Source: a virus (lineage: Duplodnaviria > Caudoviricetes). From it: 42,216 nt of DNA. Position numbers and translations under genes: made by a program. The stretch's first letter is position 1, and each line of letters starts with the position of its first letter. Under the pieces are notes generated by a model, which was not told the origin of the DNA, ran no database searches, and saw only the letters and a list, made by a program, of their open reading frames with translations. Positions 8,453 to 16,811 of this stretch are shown one piece after another. The stretch lies in IMG/VR virus record IMGVR_UViG_3300012943_000043, positions 1-42,216 of that record; one strand, written 5' to 3'.

Positions 8453-10209
8453 CAGGCTGCCTTTCGGTCTGAAGTGGACGCACCGCCGAGCAGCTCGGCA
8501 ACGATGCGGGGGTCTTGGACGAGGTCGGCGAGCTGCTGGCCCTTCTCGCGCAGCGCCTCGCGGACCCGGCTGTCGATGGTGTTGGCGGCCACCACATCGA
8601 TGATCTCGATGGACTCGTGCCGCTCGGCCCCGATCCGATGTAGACGGTCCTCGGCCTGGAGGGCGTCGACGAGGGACCAGGGCCGCTGAAGGAACACAGC
8701 CGTGCTCGCCGCGGTGAGGGTGATGCCGACGCCGCCGGCCTGGGTGGTCACGCAGATGAGGTCGAGCTCGCCGGCCTGGAACCGGTCGACGGTCTGGGTG
8801 CGCGTCTTCGGGGTCTGCCCGCCGACGATGTACCCGACCTTGTAGCCCGCCGCGGTGGCTGCCTGCCCGGCCAGGTCGATGAGCTGCCGGGACTGCGCGA
8901 AGCAGACGACCGGGGAGCCGGGCCGCTCGGCGAGCACCTCGAGGAGGGCGTCGACCTTCCAGCTCGGGGCCTTCAGCACGGCGTGGTAGTGCGGCCGATC
9001 CTCGCCGGTCTCCTCGTCCTTCGTGTAGGTGACCTCCACGTCGGCGTCCGCACAGGACAGAGCCGAGAGGAACTGCAACTGCGTGATGACCGAGAAGGCC
9101 GGGAGGTCCCCGTTGCCGACCTCGGCCAGCATGTCCCGCTCCATCGACTCGTACCGCTTCCGGTACTCCTTGGGGATCTCGACGGTGCGGACCGAGTAGA
9201 CCTTCGGCGGCAGCTGGTCGAGGACGTCGGCCTTGGCCACGCGCCGGTGCGCGCCGAGCAGGCAGGTGCGGAACTCGGCCTCGGTGGCGGGGTTGAGCCC
9301 GATCACCTCGTCGGAGTAGTCGCCGGGCACGGTCAGGCAGTAGCGGGCGATGAACCGCTCGCGCGACGGCCAGGCGGTCGGCTCCAGCGCGACGAGCGTG
9401 GGCCAGAGGTCGGCCGGGCTGTGCGTGATCGGTGTGCCGGACAACGCGACCACAGTGGACGCCTTGCCCGCGAGGTGCCGGACGGCCCTGGACCGCGCGG
9501 CGTCGGGGCTCTTGATCAGGTGGCACTCGTCGATGACCACGGCCGCCGGGCCGAGAGCCGCGAGGGGTCCGCGCTTCCCGGCCGGGCCGATGTCGATCCG
9601 GGCGGTGTCGTAGCTGACGACGTAGACGTCCGCGGTGCCGGCCAGTCGCCGCCGCTTCGCCGCGGTGCCGCGCCAGGCGACGACCTTATGTCGGGGTGCC
9701 CAGGTCTGCCACGCCTTGACCCAGCTGTCCACGACGGACGCCGGGGCGATGACGACGGCCGGGAACTCTCGCCGGTTGAGGACACCCTCGATGGTCGTGA
9801 TGGTCTTGCCGGTGCCGGGCTCGTCGGTGATGAGTGCCTTGCCCTGCGCCCGAATCAGCCGGGCGCCGTCGATCTGGTACGGGCGCAGCCGCAGCGTCGA
9901 GTGATCACGTCCGGATATCGGCTTGAATGTCGCTCGGGTCTGGCCGGTGCGCCGCGCGTTCTCGTCCTGGATCCACGCACCGAGCCGGGGGCCGGGCTTG
10001 AATCGGCTGCCGTAGGTGAAGGCGAGCTGTATGACGGCGGGCCAGGACAGCGGCAGGGTCAGCGCGGCGCCCGACGGATCGAGCTTGACCAGCGGGGTCA
10101 GGAGGGCGACCTCGGTCTCGCGCAGGCGCTGCACGTTGCCGTTGCTGGGGACCAGCACGATGGTCGACCTGTCCGTGCTCAGTTCTCCCAGGACATCCGG
10201 GCGCGTCAT
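8452..10209 (-). CDS. SNF2-family helicase
   Basis: LRPYQ, DEPGTGKT, DECH, LSGTP, GVGITLT, QAEDRLHRIG. Confidence 0.92.
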   Translation of the reverse strand: MTRPDVLGELSTDRSTIVLVPSNGNVQRLRETEVALLTPLVKLDPSGAALTLPLSWPAVIQLAFTYGSRFKPGPRLGAWIQDENARRTGQTRATFKPISGRDHSTLRLRPYQIDGARLIRAQGKALITDEPGTGKTITTIEGVLNRREFPAVVIAPASVVDSWVKAWQTWAPRHKVVAWRGTAAKRRRLAGTADVYVVSYDTARIDIGPAGKRGPLAALGPAAVVIDECHLIKSPDAARSRAVRHLAGKASTVVALSGTPITHSPADLWPTLVALEPTAWPSRERFIARYCLTVPGDYSDEVIGLNPATEAEFRTCLLGAHRRVAKADVLDQLPPKVYSVRTVEIPKEYRKRYESMERDMLAEVGNGDLPAFSVITQLQFLSALSCADADVEVTYTKDEETGEDRPHYHAVLKAPSWKVDALLEVLAERPGSPVVCFAQSRQLIDLAGQAATAAGYKVGYIVGGQTPKTRTQTVDRFQAGELDLICVTTQAGGVGITLTAASTAVFLQRPWSLVDALQAEDRLHRIGAERHESIEIIDVVAANTIDSRVREALREKGQQLADLVQDPRIVAELLGGASTSDRKAA

Positions 10210-10739
10210 GCCGCACGCTCGTTCAGCTGCGCGAACTCGCCCCACGCCTCGACGGCCGCCGCGTTGTACGCCTGCGCTGCGTCCCAGGGGTCGCTGTATT
10301 CGCCGAGGTACCGGCGCGTGTAGTTGACCCGGATGTAGGCACGCCAGGTCCCGCGGTCGCTTCGCCAGCTAACTCCCTTGTAGCCGGACGTGTTGGTCCG
10401 GTATCGCCTGGCGTTGCCCATGTTCTGCGAGCGTGTGCCGGCTCGAAGGTTGGTTCGACGGTTGTCGAGGCCGTCGCCGTTGGCGTGGTCGATGTCCATC
10501 CCATCCGGGGTGCCGGCCACGAGGTGGTGCATTCGGATGACGGCCGTGTCGGTACCTGGCCGGTGTGCCAGGGCGTAGGTGGTGGTCGGCTGATCGTTGG
10601 CGTGCCAGCGGTGCTGGGACACCGCGGCGTAGTCATCGATGTCAACGAGGGCGACACGCCCGTCAGCAAGCGGGATCTCGACGTGGGCCGTGGTCTGGGT
10701 GCCGTCGGCCGACAGCTCGCCGAGGACGTCGGGCCTCAC
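10206..10739 (-). CDS. HNH-AP2 homing endonuclease
   Basis: MHH...IDHANGDGLDNRRTNLR HNH motif; SGYKGV...WRAYI...YLG...AAQAYNAAA...GEFA AP2 domain; GTG 10739 after GGAGG. Confidence 0.92.
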   Translation of the reverse strand: MRPDVLGELSADGTQTTAHVEIPLADGRVALVDIDDYAAVSQHRWHANDQPTTTYALAHRPGTDTAVIRMHHLVAGTPDGMDIDHANGDGLDNRRTNLRAGTRSQNMGNARRYRTNTSGYKGVSWRSDRGTWRAYIRVNYTRRYLGEYSDPWDAAQAYNAAAVEAWGEFAQLNERAA

Positions 10740-10900
10740 GCCGCCTCCAGGTGGTCGCGGATGAACTGGTCGCACTCGTCCTTGGTCGGGAACCAGGCCG
10801 GGAGTGCGGGGCACCAGCCGTCGTGCACCTGCAAGCAGGGCTGCCACGGGTGGCCGGTCGTGTCCTCGGGGTCGACGTCGGAGAACCAACGAGCCGCCAC
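10736..10900 (-). CDS. Hypothetical protein (54 aa)
   Basis: GTG 10900 with AAAGGA RBS; VAARWFSD...RDHLEAA; GTGA overlap with HNH gene. Confidence 0.65.
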   Translation of the reverse strand: MAARWFSDVDPEDTTGHPWQPCLQVHDGWCPALPAWFPTKDECDQFIRDHLEAA

Positions 10901-10921
10901 GGTCTGTCCTTTCGGGAGAGA

Positions 10922-10964
10922 CAGAGCGACCCGCCTCCGTAAGCAGCGGAGGCGGGTCGCTCTG
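10922..10964. terminator. Long perfect hairpin after SSB-like gene
   Basis: 18-bp stem CAGAGCGACCCGCCTCCG / CGGAGGCGGGTCGCTCTG, 7-nt loop. Confidence 0.65.
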
Positions 10965-10971
10965 AGATCGG

Positions 10972-11724
10972 TCAGGCCGCGGGTGGTGTCGCGTTGGTCA
11001 ACGCCGCGAGGATGGCCGCCGCGTCGATGCCCGCCGGGTTGTTGCCGGGGACCTGGAGGGTGGCCACCGGTGCCGCGGGCTGCGCGACGATCGGCGGCGG
11101 GGTCACGACCACACCGCCGGTCGCCGGAGGCGGGGTCGGGGCCTGGCCCGGCCGGGTGTACTGGACCGCGCGGATCTTGGCGTCGTTCAGCTCGGCACCG
11201 CTCTTGGACTTCGCCGGCTGGGTGTGCGTGAAGGTGACGGTCAGGGTCGCGCCGAGTTCGAGGCCCCGCTTGATGGTCTCGACCGGCACGCCCGCGTCCA
11301 CCATCGCCTTGTTGACCGCCGAGATGTCCTTGCCCTTGACGTGCCAGGTGGCGCGGCCCTCGGGGTGGCGCTCGGTGACCGGCACGTCCAGGCCGACGAT
11401 GAGCACCGGGATCGGGTTGCCGTCGTCGAAGAACTTCGGCGCCTTGGTGATGTAGTCGGTCAGCTGCTTGACCTGGGTCGGCGTCGCGACGGTACCGGTG
11501 AACGAGGTGCCGATCGGGTCGTCCTTCTTGAACAGCTCGGGGCCGTAGCCGACCCGGCCGAGCACGTCGGCGAGGTTGATGTCGACGGTGGGCGCGACGG
11601 GCACCGGCTGCGGTGCGGGCTGGACGTTGGCCACGACCGGCACGGCAGGAGCCTGCTGGGCCTGGGCGGCTGCAAGGAGCTGCTGGAGCATGGCGGGATC
11701 GAGGTTCGCGAGGGGGTTGTACAC
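10972..11724 (-). CDS. Putative single-stranded DNA-binding protein
   Basis: Core GTSFTGTV...QLTDY...PKFFDDGNP...GATLTVTF resembles actinophage OB-fold SSBs; Pro/Ala-rich termini; next to exonuclease; start uncertain (11724 or 11757). Confidence 0.6.
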   Translation of the reverse strand: MYNPLANLDPAMLQQLLAAAQAQQAPAVPVVANVQPAPQPVPVAPTVDINLADVLGRVGYGPELFKKDDPIGTSFTGTVATPTQVKQLTDYITKAPKFFDDGNPIPVLIVGLDVPVTERHPEGRATWHVKGKDISAVNKAMVDAGVPVETIKRGLELGATLTVTFTHTQPAKSKSGAELNDAKIRAVQYTRPGQAPTPPPATGGVVVTPPPIVAQPAAPVATLQVPGNNPAGIDAAAILAALTNATPPAA

Positions 11725-11755
11725 TGTGTCGGTCTCATTCCTGTTGGTAGGCAAC

Positions 11756-11791
11756 AAAAAGCCCGCCGGTCCGCGAGGGGATCGACGGGGC
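11756..11791 (-). terminator. Intrinsic terminator
   Basis: GC-rich imperfect hairpin with G:U pairs followed by TTTTT on minus strand. Confidence 0.6.
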
Positions 11792-11823
11792 GTAGTGGGG
11801 CGGGCAGACGCTGCGGATGGCCA

Positions 11824-11928
11824 TCAGTAGTAGCTGTCCCCGCAGCGGGCGACCGGCTCGGCCATCGCCAGGAGCATGGCCACGAGGACCCAGAGGCGCG
11901 GGTTGTAGAGGTAGGTGCGGAGTGTCAC
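11824..11928 (-). CDS. Small hydrophobic peptide (34 aa)
   Basis: VTLRTYLYNPRLWVLVAMLLAMAEPVARCGDSYY; AAGGGA RBS; GTGA overlap with upstream gene. Confidence 0.5.
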   Translation of the reverse strand: MTLRTYLYNPRLWVLVAMLLAMAEPVARCGDSYY

Positions 11929-12737
11929 GGGGTTCCCTTAGTGCCGGGGCAGCCGACGCCACCGGCCACCGCGTCGGGCCGGTAGAGCGGACACCAGATG
12001 CAGTCCCCGTCGCTCGGTGTGGCGGGGATGTCGTTGATGGAGATCTGGCCGGAGGCGACGAGCTGGGCCGCAGCCTCGCGGGCCGGAGTGACTTGATAGA
12101 CCCACTGGAGTTCAGGGTCGTCGGGCCGCCATTCCTGCTCCCAGACGTAGAGCTTGTCGAGAGAGGACTCGGTGCGTGGGAAGGCGACGAGCACGACCCG
12201 CTTCACCGGCAGCCCGAGCGCCGCGAACCCGGCGCCGTAGATCTTGAGCTGCACGCGGTACTTCAGCGGCGGGCCGTGGCGGCGGAGCCTTTCCAGCGAG
12301 GTTCGGCCCAGGAACTTCCAGTCGTCGACACAGAACTCCCAGCCGTCGTAGGCGTCGCCGGTGCCGGGGTTGCCGGGCAGCCGAGGGTCCTTGACCTTCC
12401 GTTCCGACAGCCACCGCAGGCCGTTGCGCTCGTTGTCCGATGCCAAGGCGCCTTCCATCCAGGCGTGCCCGGCCGTGCCCATGATGCTCGCCCACGGGTC
12501 GTGCACGTGGTTCGTCGCGGGCACCGCGGCCATCTTCCCGACGACCTGCCGATCGCAGGCGTGCCCCAGCTCGGAGGGTCCGAGGTGCTGTTGGACCGAG
12601 CGGGGTGCGCGGGCCGCGTGCTCGACGGCCACCCGCCGCAGCTCCCCCGCGTAGGCCGACGCCCAGGGCGTGTTGCCGTTGATGGGCGCCGGCCGCGCGC
12701 GGGAGGTCATGACGGACGCGAGGTCGAGGTCGGTCAC
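11925..12737 (-). CDS. Cas4-like / PD-(D/E)XK exonuclease
   Basis: GPSELGHACDR, GTAGH, GTGD, DDWK, QLKIY, CIWC...GC (four-Cys Fe-S staple). Confidence 0.88.
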   Translation of the reverse strand: MTDLDLASVMTSRARPAPINGNTPWASAYAGELRRVAVEHAARAPRSVQQHLGPSELGHACDRQVVGKMAAVPATNHVHDPWASIMGTAGHAWMEGALASDNERNGLRWLSERKVKDPRLPGNPGTGDAYDGWEFCVDDWKFLGRTSLERLRRHGPPLKYRVQLKIYGAGFAALGLPVKRVVLVAFPRTESSLDKLYVWEQEWRPDDPELQWVYQVTPAREAAAQLVASGQISINDIPATPSDGDCIWCPLYRPDAVAGGVGCPGTKGTP

Positions 12738-13270
12738 GCGGGCAGCTCGCGGGGCTCGACCTCGGTGATGGCACTCAACCGGCGCAGCTTCGCGAGTGAG
12801 TAGTTGGTCCACTCGGTGGACCAGGTGCCGCCCATATATCCCCAGTGGATGGTGAAACTGTTGGGCTCGCGCTCGTACCAGTAGTCGCCGTCGGAGTCCT
12901 TGAAGACGCGCACGGTGGTCGGCTTCTGCACCTCGGCGGCCGGGGTGCCCGGCACCGCGCCGATGGTCTCCGAGGCGCCCTTCATGTCGTCGTCGAAGTG
13001 CTGGAGGGGCTTGGCGTTGCTGTCGCGGAAGGACACCCAGTGGTCCGGTCGGATCTTGGTGTACGTGTGCGTGAAGCCCCGGCGCACCGTGCCGACCAGG
13101 TCCTTGCTCGGGTCGTCGGCGGGCTCGATCACCTCGACGTCGGCCTGCGCGTGGTTCCAGGCGGCCCAGCCCACGAACTGGCCGTTGGCGTCCACGGTGG
13201 ACTCGATGCTGCCGGACGCCGGGGGCAGCGCGGTGAGCCGGACGCGGTCGCCCGGGTTGAACGCGGTCAT
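12734..13270 (-). CDS. Hypothetical protein (178 aa)
   Basis: MTAFNPGDRVRL...FKDSDGDYWYE; coupled overlaps on both sides. Confidence 0.75.
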   Translation of the reverse strand: MTAFNPGDRVRLTALPPASGSIESTVDANGQFVGWAAWNHAQADVEVIEPADDPSKDLVGTVRRGFTHTYTKIRPDHWVSFRDSNAKPLQHFDDDMKGASETIGAVPGTPAAEVQKPTTVRVFKDSDGDYWYEREPNSFTIHWGYMGGTWSTEWTNYSLAKLRRLSAITEVEPRELPA

Positions 13271-13506
13271 GCGGTCGCTCCAATCGGGGGCAGGGTCTTG
13301 ACGTCGAGCTCGAACTCCTCGTCGTCCTCGGGGTCGAAGGGCATGGCGTTCTCCTTGTCGTAGGTGTCTTGGGCTCGGAGCTGGTCGAGGGTGTGCAGGG
13401 CTTCGGAGATCACGCGGAGGCCGTAGTCGCGCGGCAGCGGACGGGCCACGCCCCGGGCTTCGAGCCGGCCGAGTACCCGTACGGCGTAGGGGTGTTCGTT
13501 GATCAC
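13267..13506 (-). CDS. Hypothetical protein (79 aa)
   Basis: Fills operon gap; also has internal AAGGAG RBS + ATG 13344 that could yield a 25-aa acidic peptide. Confidence 0.6.
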   Translation of the reverse strand: MINEHPYAVRVLGRLEARGVARPLPRDYGLRVISEALHTLDQLRAQDTYDKENAMPFDPEDDEEFELDVKTLPPIGATA

Positions 13507-13509
13507 GAC

Positions 13510-13764
13510 TCAATCCCAGGTCGACGGCTCGGACCAGCTGTCGAGCAGCTCGTTGCCCGTGCCCTTGGCGGCGTGCGGGCCGGTGTGCCAGATGCGCCGG
13601 GTGCAGCGGTATCCGTAGACGCTCAGCTCCCGGCAGACGCGGTGCTCGGCGTGCTCGGTGAACGGGTCGTCGTCGGTGGGCAGCCAGTCGAAGCGGTCCT
13701 CGTTGAACTCGCGGACGATCCAACCGAGCACGAACCCGAGGACCGCCGCGGCCAGGGCCTTCAC
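13510..13764 (-). CDS. Membrane-anchored small protein with C-x9-C-x4-H-x3-H motif
   Basis: N-terminal hydrophobic ALAAAVLGFVLGWIV; CRELSVYGYRCTRRIWHTGPH. Confidence 0.65.
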   Translation of the reverse strand: MKALAAAVLGFVLGWIVREFNEDRFDWLPTDDDPFTEHAEHRVCRELSVYGYRCTRRIWHTGPHAAKGTGNELLDSWSEPSTWD

Positions 13765-14171
13765 TTCTGAACCTCGAGGGTCCAACTGGTGCCGCGCCGG
13801 GCGTACGCCTCGTAGACTTGCGGCAGGTCGGCCCGAAGCCGCTTCGAGTCGAGGTTCGTGGTGGGCTTCGGATAGAGCCGCAGCGCGGGCAGACCCGGTG
13901 CCGCGGCGATGATCTCGTCGGCGTCGGGCCGGGCCCGGGTGAGCTCGCCCTTGATGGCGGCGTTGACCTCGTCGAGGCGCTCCTTGCCCGCCTTCACCGC
14001 GGGGGCCAGCTGCGCGCGCTCGGCGATGAGCTGCTCCAGGCGGCTGCCCTGGTCGGCCGGGACGACGGCGAGGACGGGTTGGGGCTGCTCGGGTTCCGGC
14101 GCGGTGGACGGGGTGAGGCTGCCGTGCTGGATGGCGTGAGCCGCGAGGGCTTGCGCGAACTGGTCAGTCAT
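13761..14171 (-). CDS. Hypothetical coiled-coil protein
   Basis: Ends LDSKRLRADLPQVYEAY, reminiscent of C-terminal segments of YqaJ-type phage exonucleases. Confidence 0.7.
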   Translation of the reverse strand: MTDQFAQALAAHAIQHGSLTPSTAPEPEQPQPVLAVVPADQGSRLEQLIAERAQLAPAVKAGKERLDEVNAAIKGELTRARPDADEIIAAAPGLPALRLYPKPTTNLDSKRLRADLPQVYEAYARRGTSWTLEVQK

Positions 14172-14332
14172 GCGGCAGCCCACCAAGGTGCTCGTTCGGT
14201 CAGTCGGTCGTAGGCGTCCCGGACGGCGGGCGGCGCGATCGCGAGGAGCACGTCGTCGGCCCGGCCGTGATCCGCCTCCGCGTCGTCGCCGGAGAGGGCG
14301 TCAATCGCGGCGACGGCTTCGTCTACGGTCAC
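14168..14332 (-). CDS. Hypothetical protein (54 aa)
   Basis: VTVDEAVAAIDALSGDDAEADHGRADDVLL...WWAAA; AAAGGA RBS; overlaps both neighbours. Confidence 0.65.
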   Translation of the reverse strand: MTVDEAVAAIDALSGDDAEADHGRADDVLLAIAPPAVRDAYDRLTERAPWWAAA

Positions 14333-14445
14333 CGGCGTCTGTCCTTTCCGGACTCGACGAAGGCGGCCACGACGCAGCCGAGCACCATCGCCAGGGCCAG
14401 CACGCCGCAGACCAGCGCGGCCCACTCATCGGGGGTGAGGTACAT
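14329..14445 (-). CDS. Small single-pass membrane protein (38 aa)
   Basis: MYLTPDEWAALVCGVLALAMVLGCVVAAFVESGKDRRR; GGAGG RBS. Confidence 0.6.
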   Translation of the reverse strand: MYLTPDEWAALVCGVLALAMVLGCVVAAFVESGKDRRR

Positions 14446-14446
14446 G

Positions 14447-14686
14447 TCAGGCCACCTCCGCCACGTACAGCCCGGCCTGCACGGCGAGCGGGTCCGGGGC
14501 CTTCCGGACGAGCGGGCGGTTGGTCGCGGGCTGCCGCAGCCACACCGGGATCGTGATGGTCTTGCCGGTGGGGTACGTCAGCTTCCGGCGGTCACGGCGA
14601 TTCGGGCCGTCGTGCCGGATCACCCAGCGGGGCTTCAGGGTCGGGGCTTCCAGGACGCTCGTCGGGGTGCTGTTGTGGTAGGCCAT
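14447..14686 (-). CDS. Hypothetical basic protein (79 aa)
   Basis: AAGGA RBS, ATG start, operon context. Confidence 0.65.
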   Translation of the reverse strand: MAYHNSTPTSVLEAPTLKPRWVIRHDGPNRRDRRKLTYPTGKTITIPVWLRQPATNRPLVRKAPDPLAVQAGLYVAEVA

Positions 14687-14758
14687 GAGGAGTCCTTGCG
14701 AGTCGGTGGTTGTGGGCCTCGAGCCGGATGCGCCGGCGGGCCAGGCGGTAGCGCGGGG

Positions 14759-14953
14759 TCACGAGATGCGGGCGGCCGGGTACCAGTCCGTGGGCTGCAC
14801 GGCGGCGTAGCGCTCGGCGAGGCGGATCTCCTGGAGGGCGGCGCAGAGGGCCGAGATCGCGCGGAGGTCTCCGGAGGGGTGGCGGTCGGCCACGTCCTTG
14901 ACGAGGGAGGCTGCTTCGCGGAGCCGGGCGTGGTCCTGTTCGGTGAGCATCAC
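14759..14953 (-). CDS. Hypothetical protein
   Basis: MLTEQDHARLREAA...; GTGA overlap with upstream gene. Confidence 0.6.
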   Translation of the reverse strand: MMLTEQDHARLREAASLVKDVADRHPSGDLRAISALCAALQEIRLAERYAAVQPTDWYPAARIS

Positions 14954-15141
14954 GCCGCCAGGCAGGGACATGACGCGATGCACGGTGACAACTCGCAGAC
15001 CCGTTCCGGGGTGTACTCCCCGCAGTACATCTCTCGGTCCTCTTCGGACCAGTTGGCCAGGACCGGCTGGCGCTCCTTGGGGAACAGCTCGGGGATGACC
15101 TGAGCCATGTACCTCGGGTCGCTGAGTTCGAAGACGTCCAT
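14950..15141 (-). CDS. Hypothetical Cys-rich small protein (63 aa)
   Basis: MDVFELSDPRY...CELSPCIASCPCLAA; TGATG overlap. Confidence 0.6.
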   Translation of the reverse strand: MDVFELSDPRYMAQVIPELFPKERQPVLANWSEEDREMYCGEYTPERVCELSPCIASCPCLAA

Positions 15142-15428
15142 CAGGCCACCACCGCCTGGGCCTGCCAGCTGGCGGCGAAGTCCGACGAGGGGCGCACGTA
15201 GCCGTCGGCCTCGAACCGGTGCCGCTGCTTCTCGGCGGCCGCGTCGACCGCGTCGATGTACCGGCAGACCTCGCGGAGGGCGAAGTGCGGGTCGGTGTAC
15301 TTGTCGAAGCTGAACTGCGGCACGCCGTTGACGACGGCCCGGAGGTGCTCGGCGGTGGACTCGGTGAGGTCGGTCTTGCTGACGAGTTCGATGCGGACCT
15401 CGCGGCCCTTGTAGACGGTGCTGATCAA
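15141..15428 (-). CDS. Hypothetical protein (95 aa)
   Basis: TTG start after GAGGA; LISTVYKGREVRIEL...; GC3-rich codons. Confidence 0.65.
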   Translation of the reverse strand: MISTVYKGREVRIELVSKTDLTESTAEHLRAVVNGVPQFSFDKYTDPHFALREVCRYIDAVDAAAEKQRHRFEADGYVRPSSDFAASWQAQAVVA

Positions 15429-15556
15429 GACGTCCTCGATTCGGAGGTGGGTGCGCGGGGTACTGGCAGTCGGGGTCGCGGGGCGGGCAGAGCGGGCAGG
15501 AGACCTGGACTCGGGGTGGCATGGTTGCCTTTGCGAAAGGGAACGGTGTGGTGCGT

Positions 15557-15776
15557 GCCCACCTGCCGGTATCGCACCGGGGTGCCGCCCGAAGTGGACA
15601 GCTGGCTGCTTAGCCAGGGGGCTACGGGCGATATTCGAAGCGTCGACCCGTTGCGCGTATGAGGTAGTCCCCGCACTGGCCCTTGCCCTCTCGGGTGGTG
15701 CCCCACTTAGGTGCGGTTTCCAGGCAGGCCAAGTAGCCCGGCTGAGCGGGTGTCTACTTGGAACAGTCAGGTGGGC
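15557..15776 (-). ncRNA. Candidate structured ncRNA (~220 nt) with tRNA-like 3' arm
   Basis: 9-bp closing stem GCCCACCTG/CAGGTGGGC enclosing at least five hairpins; adjacent 3' hairpin CCGGTGCGATACCGG; no convincing ORF. Confidence 0.55.
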
Positions 15777-16027
15777 TATGCGGCCCGGGTCCGACCGGCG
15801 CGGCGTGGGCGTGTACCCCACGGCTGTCCGGACACTGCATCAGCGCTTCCGCGCCGGTCGGAGTTCGGTGCGACCGGGCGGACCAGGAGCGCTACCGCGG
15901 CGCGGGTTGCCGCATCCATTCGCGGTGCTGCTTGCGCTACCTCCGCTGCCCGACGGCGCGCTGCTGCATCGAGCGACAGCCAGTCAGGAAGGAGGGCGGC
16001 CAGCTGGTCCGTCCGGTCGCTGGTCAT
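15776..16027 (-). CDS. Hypothetical protein (83 aa)
   Basis: MTSDRTDQLAALL...; TGATG overlap with upstream Zn-finger gene. Confidence 0.55.
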   Translation of the reverse strand: MTSDRTDQLAALLPDWLSLDAAARRRAAEVAQAAPRMDAATRAAVALLVRPVAPNSDRRGSADAVSGQPWGTRPRRAGRTRAA

Positions 16028-16254
16028 CAGAGTTCGCCTTCGCCGTTGCAGCCGCCGCAGGTGGTCTCGACGTTCCGGCCGTTGCGCCGGACCCAGACCG
16101 TTCCGCTGCCGCCGCACTGGCCGCACGGGGTCTTGGCGAACAGCGCGGTGTCGTAGTCGTAGGTCACCGGCCACGTCTCGGGCCGCGAGAAGTCCAGGTC
16201 CAGTGGGAGCTGATCCCCTGAAGGACGTCTGGCCGGCGTCTCGGTTGCTTGCAT
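16027..16254 (-). CDS. Small DnaJ-type zinc-finger protein (75 aa)
   Basis: Two CxxCxGxG motifs (CGQCGGSG, CGGCNGEG); first gene of leftward operon. Confidence 0.75.
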   Translation of the reverse strand: MQATETPARRPSGDQLPLDLDFSRPETWPVTYDYDTALFAKTPCGQCGGSGTVWVRRNGRNVETTCGGCNGEGEL

Positions 16255-16290
16255 GGGGCAACGTTATGCCCCTATTTCTCACCGTGTCAA
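16255..16290 (-). promoter_or_regulatory. Early leftward promoter (leaderless) with operator-like palindrome
   Basis: TTGACA (16290-16285), 18 nt, TAACGT (16266-16261), 6 nt, ATG; GGGGCA-N6-TGCCCC palindrome 16255-16272 spans the -10. Confidence 0.7.
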
Positions 16291-16374
16291 GCAGAATGGG
16301 GCGAAAATGGGGAGTCCGACCCCTAACGATCATCTGACCTGCGGAGATACGCAAACGGCCTCACCCGCACGGGG

Positions 16375-16403
16375 TGGACAGAGACACTTCTGTGACCTAC
16401 CCT
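16375..16403 (+). promoter_or_regulatory. Repressor promoter (leaderless)
   Basis: TGGACA, 17 nt, TACCCT, 6 nt, ATG 16410. Confidence 0.6.
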
Positions 16404-16409
16404 TGCCTC

Positions 16410-16811
16410 ATGCCTGCATCAATTTCGCCTCGGGAGCGACACATGGATGCCCGGCGCCGCGCGTTGGGGATGAGCTGGGAGGAACTGGCCCTCAAGGCAC
16501 AGGTCGGCCGCGAGACCCTACGCCGGATACGCGAGGGCGGCGGCGGACCGAAGGCGGTGCGCAACGTCGAGGCGTCGCTCGGCTGGCGCATCGGCAGCGT
16601 GGCCGACATCGACGACGGCGGGGAGCCGCGAGTCATCGACACCGACGACGTGCTGCGCCGGCCGGTGTCTTCCGGTGGACCAGAAAGCGTCATCGATCGG
16701 CTACGTGAGATATGGCTACAGGTCGGCACTATCACTTTCTGGGCGGCGGTCCAAACCCTCCAGGCCGAGGCCGAGCAGACAGCGGAGAGTCACCGCGATA
16801 CGGGCTCCTGA
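16410..16811 (+). CDS. Immunity repressor, XRE-type HTH
   Basis: RRRALGMSWEELALKAQVGRETLRRIREG...LGWRIGS; divergent from early operon. Confidence 0.82.
   Translation: MPASISPRERHMDARRRALGMSWEELALKAQVGRETLRRIREGGGGPKAVRNVEASLGWRIGSVADIDDGGEPRVIDTDDVLRRPVSSGGPESVIDRLREIWLQVGTITFWAAVQTLQAEAEQTAESHRDTGS

Noticed and set aside
11925-12737. Cas4-like gene as part of a CRISPR system
   Set aside because: No repeat-spacer array or other cas genes seen; stand-alone Cas4-like exonucleases are routine in phage recombination modules
14950-15522. 190-aa ORF from ATG 15522
   Set aside because: Middle part is a shadow frame over the better-supported 15141-15428 gene; only the last 63 codons were accepted
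15557-15776. Canonical tRNA or tmRNA
   Set aside because: No D-arm/anticodon cloverleaf, TTCRA T-loop, CCA end or tag reading frame; kept only as a candidate ncRNA
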